NCBI GenBank assembly: GCA_964454355.1
Contig: CAYVTA010000002.1
Span: 8,428-72,427, forward strand
DNA length: 64,000 nt
Reading direction: 5' to 3'
Source: an uncultured Eubacteriales bacterium
GTDB taxonomy: Bacteria; Bacillota; Clostridia; Oscillospirales; Acutalibacteraceae
A program made the position numbers and the translations under genes. This document shows positions 60,894-64,000 of the stretch, piece after piece (the first letter of the stretch is position 1; each line of letters begins with the position of its first letter). Under the pieces are notes generated by a model that made no database searches, had not been told where the DNA came from, and was given only the letters and a program-made list of their open reading frames with translations.

Positions 60894-61008
60894 AAAATAT
60901 ACACCTCAAAAAAGATTTTGTGCAAAAAGTTACCGGTTATTACAGCGAATAAAAGTTTTTATACAGAAAAAATACACAAATTACTGTAGCCAGATGTTAA
61001 TTAAGTTG

Positions 61009-61037
61009 TTGACATTATAATAAAATATTGATATAAT
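61009..61037 (+). promoter_or_regulatory. Consensus sigma-A promoter of the lipoprotein gene
   Basis: TTGACA-17 nt-TATAAT with TGa immediately upstream of the -10. All elements match consensus exactly. Confidence 0.6.
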
Positions 61038-61054
61038 TAGTCCGTGGTTTTATT

Positions 61055-62116
61055 ATGAAAAAGTTAGTTTCAATTTTTATATTAATATCTTTGATTTTTT
61101 CGCTGTCCTCATGTTCGGTCGGCAGTAAAAGTGTGCTTACCGTTAATGAATCGACAGATGTTGATTCCGAGATATTCACATACTTTCTCAACAATGCTTA
61201 CTATTCCGATAACTCATACACTGAATCAGAATGTATCGAAAAAGCAACTGCGGAAAGTCTCAAATACGTAGCAGTAAACACTCATTTTGCTCAGACAGTG
61301 GGCAATTTAACTCTTGATGAAAAAGCTGATGTTTCACAAGAAGTAAATGCTCTCTGGCGAATTTACGGAGAATACCTTGCTGAAATCGGCGTAAGCAAAG
61401 ATGCATTTTTTAAAATCAAGCAGTATGAATACTGTAAAAACAGTCTGTGCCTATCACTTTATGATACAGACGGCACAAAGCCCATCAACGAACAATATAT
61501 TCAACAGTATTTCACCTCAAATTATGTCGGAATAAAATACTTTTATCAAGAGCTTTACACCGTAAAAAGTGCCGAAGAGGTTGCTGCCATGTCTGATTAC
61601 GACAGGCAGGTATATGAAGCCTCCCGAACTGCCGCAGCTCAAAGATATGAGTATATAAGCTCATTAGCAAACTATGTAAACAGTGGTGTTTACACCATGA
61701 ATGAAGCTTTTATGTCTGCTACAGGTGAAGTTTCAGCAGATACAAATGTATCTGCAACAGTTATCAACAAATCCGGCTCATCTTTTTCACAGGAGTTTAT
61801 TGATGCAGTCTGTCTTCAGTCAGTCGGCAGTGCATTTATCATAACAAATGCGGACAGAAGCTATATTTATCTCATTGAAAGAGTGGATCTGCTCGATTCA
61901 AAATACAGCTTTTATTCCGAATACCGTGATACCTGTCTTATGGCAGTATCTGAAAGTTATTTTATAAATGAAATTAATTCGTGGGTTCAATCCTACAACG
62001 CTGTCAGACATCTGTCTCAGGCTGAAAAATGTCTGTCAAACATCAAAAAAGTAGACCGCAGCAAATATGCAGGGACAGAAAAATATGCTTTCAGCAGTTT
62101 TAAGACCGAAAAGTAA
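61055..62116 (+). CDS. Hypothetical lipoprotein
   Basis: MKKLVSIFILISLIFSLSSC carries a lipobox (LSSC). No catalytic motif recognised. The SD is weak. Confidence 0.65.
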   Translation: MKKLVSIFILISLIFSLSSCSVGSKSVLTVNESTDVDSEIFTYFLNNAYYSDNSYTESECIEKATAESLKYVAVNTHFAQTVGNLTLDEKADVSQEVNALWRIYGEYLAEIGVSKDAFFKIKQYEYCKNSLCLSLYDTDGTKPINEQYIQQYFTSNYVGIKYFYQELYTVKSAEEVAAMSDYDRQVYEASRTAAAQRYEYISSLANYVNSGVYTMNEAFMSATGEVSADTNVSATVINKSGSSFSQEFIDAVCLQSVGSAFIITNADRSYIYLIERVDLLDSKYSFYSEYRDTCLMAVSESYFINEINSWVQSYNAVRHLSQAEKCLSNIKKVDRSKYAGTEKYAFSSFKTEK

Positions 62117-62127
62117 GGTGATATATT

Positions 62128-63600
62128 TTGAAAAAACAAGTTTTAGCATTTGATTTCGGTGCTTCAAGCGGAAGAGCCATTTTAGGTATTTTTGACGGTG
62201 AAAAAATTACATTGGAAGAGATTCACCGATTCAGCAATGACCCTGTAAAAGTCGGAAACACGTTTTTCTGGGACATTCTGAGGCTTTTTCATGAAATAAA
62301 ACAAGGTATCCTTAAAGCCAAGCAAAAAGGCGGTTTTGACAGTATCGGTATTGATACATGGGGTGTTGACTTCGGTCTCATAGACGAGAAGGGATATCTG
62401 CTTGAAAACCCCGTTCACTATCGTGATGACAGAAACATCGGAATGATAGAAGAATCCGAAAAATATATGTCAAACGATGAAATGTACTCAAGAACCGGCA
62501 TACAGTTTATGGAATTCAACACCGTTTTCCAGCTTTTGTCATTAAGAAAGAACAGACCTGAACTTCTTGAAAGAGCAGATAAGCTTCTGTTTATGCCCGA
62601 CCTTCTTACATATATGCTCACCGGTGAAAAAGTTGCAGAATATTCAATTGCAACAACATCACAGATGGTAAACATTAAAACCAAAACATGGGATAAAGAT
62701 ATTCTTAAAGCTCTTGACATACCGGAAAAAATTCTTTGCGAGATTGTTCCCGCAGGAACAAAAGCAGGTATGCTCAGAGCTGAACTGTGTGAAGAATTAG
62801 GCGTTGAAAGTGTTCCCGTAATTTCAGTTTGCGGACACGACACGCAAAGTGCGATCACTGCTATACCCAGCGAAAAGAAAGATTTTGCATTTATCAGCAG
62901 CGGAACATGGAGCCTTTTCGGCACAGAGCTTGACAATCCTGTTGTAAATGAAAAAACAAGAGCACTCAATGTTACCAACGAGGGCGGTTACGACTACACT
63001 ACTGCATTCCTTAAGAATATCTGCGGGCTTTGGCTGATTCAGGAAAGCAGAAGACAATGGATTCGTGAGGGCAAAGAGTATTCCTATGCTCAGCTCGAAG
63101 AAGAAGCTCTCAAGGTTGATCCATTTAAGTGTTTTATAGATCCCGATGCACCTGACTTTGTTGCTATGGGAGATATGCCGTCAAGAGTCCGTGAGTTTTG
63201 CAGAAAAACAGGACAGTATGTTCCCGAAACAGTAGGCGAAATCATGAGATGTATCTATGAAAGTCTTGCAATGAAGTACAAATACATTCTTGCGGGCATT
63301 GAGGACTGTACAAAAAAATCCTTCGACAGAATCCATGTTGCAGGTGGCGGAACAAAAGATACTTTTCTTTGCTCTATGACTGCTTCAGCCTGTAACAGAA
63401 CTGTGTATGCAGGTCCTATTGAAGCCACTGTTTTAGGCAATATTGCAGTTCAGTTTATGTCTGACGGTGCAATCAAAGACATTGCCGAAGCAAGAAAGAT
63501 TATTGCAAAAGGTGAAAACCTGAAGATTTATGAACCCGTTGATGCAGAAAAATGGGAAGAAGCATATAAAAAATTTGTTAACATTTTAGTAAATGCTTAA
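62128..63600 (+). CDS. FGGY-family sugar kinase (rhamnulokinase/L-fuculokinase-like)
   Basis: VLAFDFGASSGRAILG N-terminal phosphate-1 motif, GIDTWGVDFG, and HVAGGGTKD. TTG start after AAGGTGAT. It lies next to fucI. Confidence 0.82.
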   Translation: MKKQVLAFDFGASSGRAILGIFDGEKITLEEIHRFSNDPVKVGNTFFWDILRLFHEIKQGILKAKQKGGFDSIGIDTWGVDFGLIDEKGYLLENPVHYRDDRNIGMIEESEKYMSNDEMYSRTGIQFMEFNTVFQLLSLRKNRPELLERADKLLFMPDLLTYMLTGEKVAEYSIATTSQMVNIKTKTWDKDILKALDIPEKILCEIVPAGTKAGMLRAELCEELGVESVPVISVCGHDTQSAITAIPSEKKDFAFISSGTWSLFGTELDNPVVNEKTRALNVTNEGGYDYTTAFLKNICGLWLIQESRRQWIREGKEYSYAQLEEEALKVDPFKCFIDPDAPDFVAMGDMPSRVREFCRKTGQYVPETVGEIMRCIYESLAMKYKYILAGIEDCTKKSFDRIHVAGGGTKDTFLCSMTASACNRTVYAGPIEATVLGNIAVQFMSDGAIKDIAEARKIIAKGENLKIYEPVDAEKWEEAYKKFVNILVNA

Positions 63601-63676
63601 TTGACATTTATTACAATAAAAAAATGAAAATTTAAGTGACTTAAATCACTTTATATAAGAAAGGAAGCATTATATA

Positions 63677-64000
63677 TGGCTGAAAAAAGATTTGCAGGCG
63701 AATATCCGGTAATCGGCATCCGCCCTGTTATTGACGCAAGAAAAGGTCCTCTTGACGTAAGAGGCTCCCTTGAAGATCAGACAATGGGAATGGCTAAAGC
63801 GGCGGCTGAGCTTTTCAGAAACAATCTGAAATACTCCAACGGCGAACCCGTAAAGGTAGTTATTTCCGAGTGCACTATCGGCAGAGCAGGTGAATCTGCA
63901 AAGTGTGCTGCTCAGTTCAAAAAGGAAGGCGTAGATATTACTCTTTCCGTTACTCCCTGCTGGTGCTACGGAAGTGAAACAATGGATATGGATCCCAATA
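63677..64000 (+). CDS. fucI: L-fucose isomerase, 3'-truncated by the window edge
   Basis: PVIGIRPVIDARKGPLDVRGSLEDQTMGMAKAAA and LSVTPCWCYGSETMDMDP are colinear with E. coli FucI. GAAAGGAAG RBS. Confidence 0.9.

Noticed and set aside
63601-63676. Short inverted repeat AAGTGA-cttaaa-TCACTT upstream of fucI, considered as a possible sugar-regulator operator.
   Set aside because: The arms are only 6 bp in AT-rich DNA and no regulator gene is visible in the window. The evidence is insufficient.

Overview
This 64-kb window looks like core chromosome of a low-GC (by eye about 40% G+C), spore-forming Clostridia-class Firmicute. A type-I dockerin protein points to a Ruminococcus/Oscillospiraceae-like organism. 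I support about 47 protein-coding genes.

Gene content:
- Housekeeping: galE, hom-lysC, pflBA, rpsT, yebC, ruvX, a class A PBP, typA, htpG, H+-PPase and an RluA-family pseudouridine synthase.
- Sporulation: a SpoIID-domain protein, spoVAD, spoIIP, gpr and spoVAE.
- Glycan use: GH2 and GH35 beta-galactosidases, a GPH symporter, a beta-helix GH28-like enzyme, and an FGGY kinase next to fucI.
- Transport: a heterodimeric ABC exporter pair.
- Cell surface: an MBOAT gene paired with an SGNH/DltD-like gene.

I found no tRNA or rRNA gene, CRISPR array, transposase, integrase or recognisable defence system.

Items most worth a second look:
1. A 2357-aa NdvB/ChvB-type cyclic beta-1,2-glucan synthase-like giant (GT domain, glucoamylase-like domain, GH94 domain) in a Gram-positive spore former, with none of its usual partner genes nearby.
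2. A ZTP (pfl-motif) riboswitch with an overlapping terminator in the pflB leader.
3. A perfect CIRCE/HrcA operator on the htpG promoter.
4. An unexplained GC-rich island next to a 19-bp-stem hairpin, upstream of the ABC operon promoter.
5. An unannotated 54-aa membrane micro-ORF translationally coupled to spoIIP.
6. A decayed UPF0126/YadS-type channel pseudogene.
7. spoVAD and spoVAE lying about 37 kb apart instead of in one operon.
8. Two ceramidase-like paralogs.

Every functional call rests on motif recognition by eye. No database search was possible.
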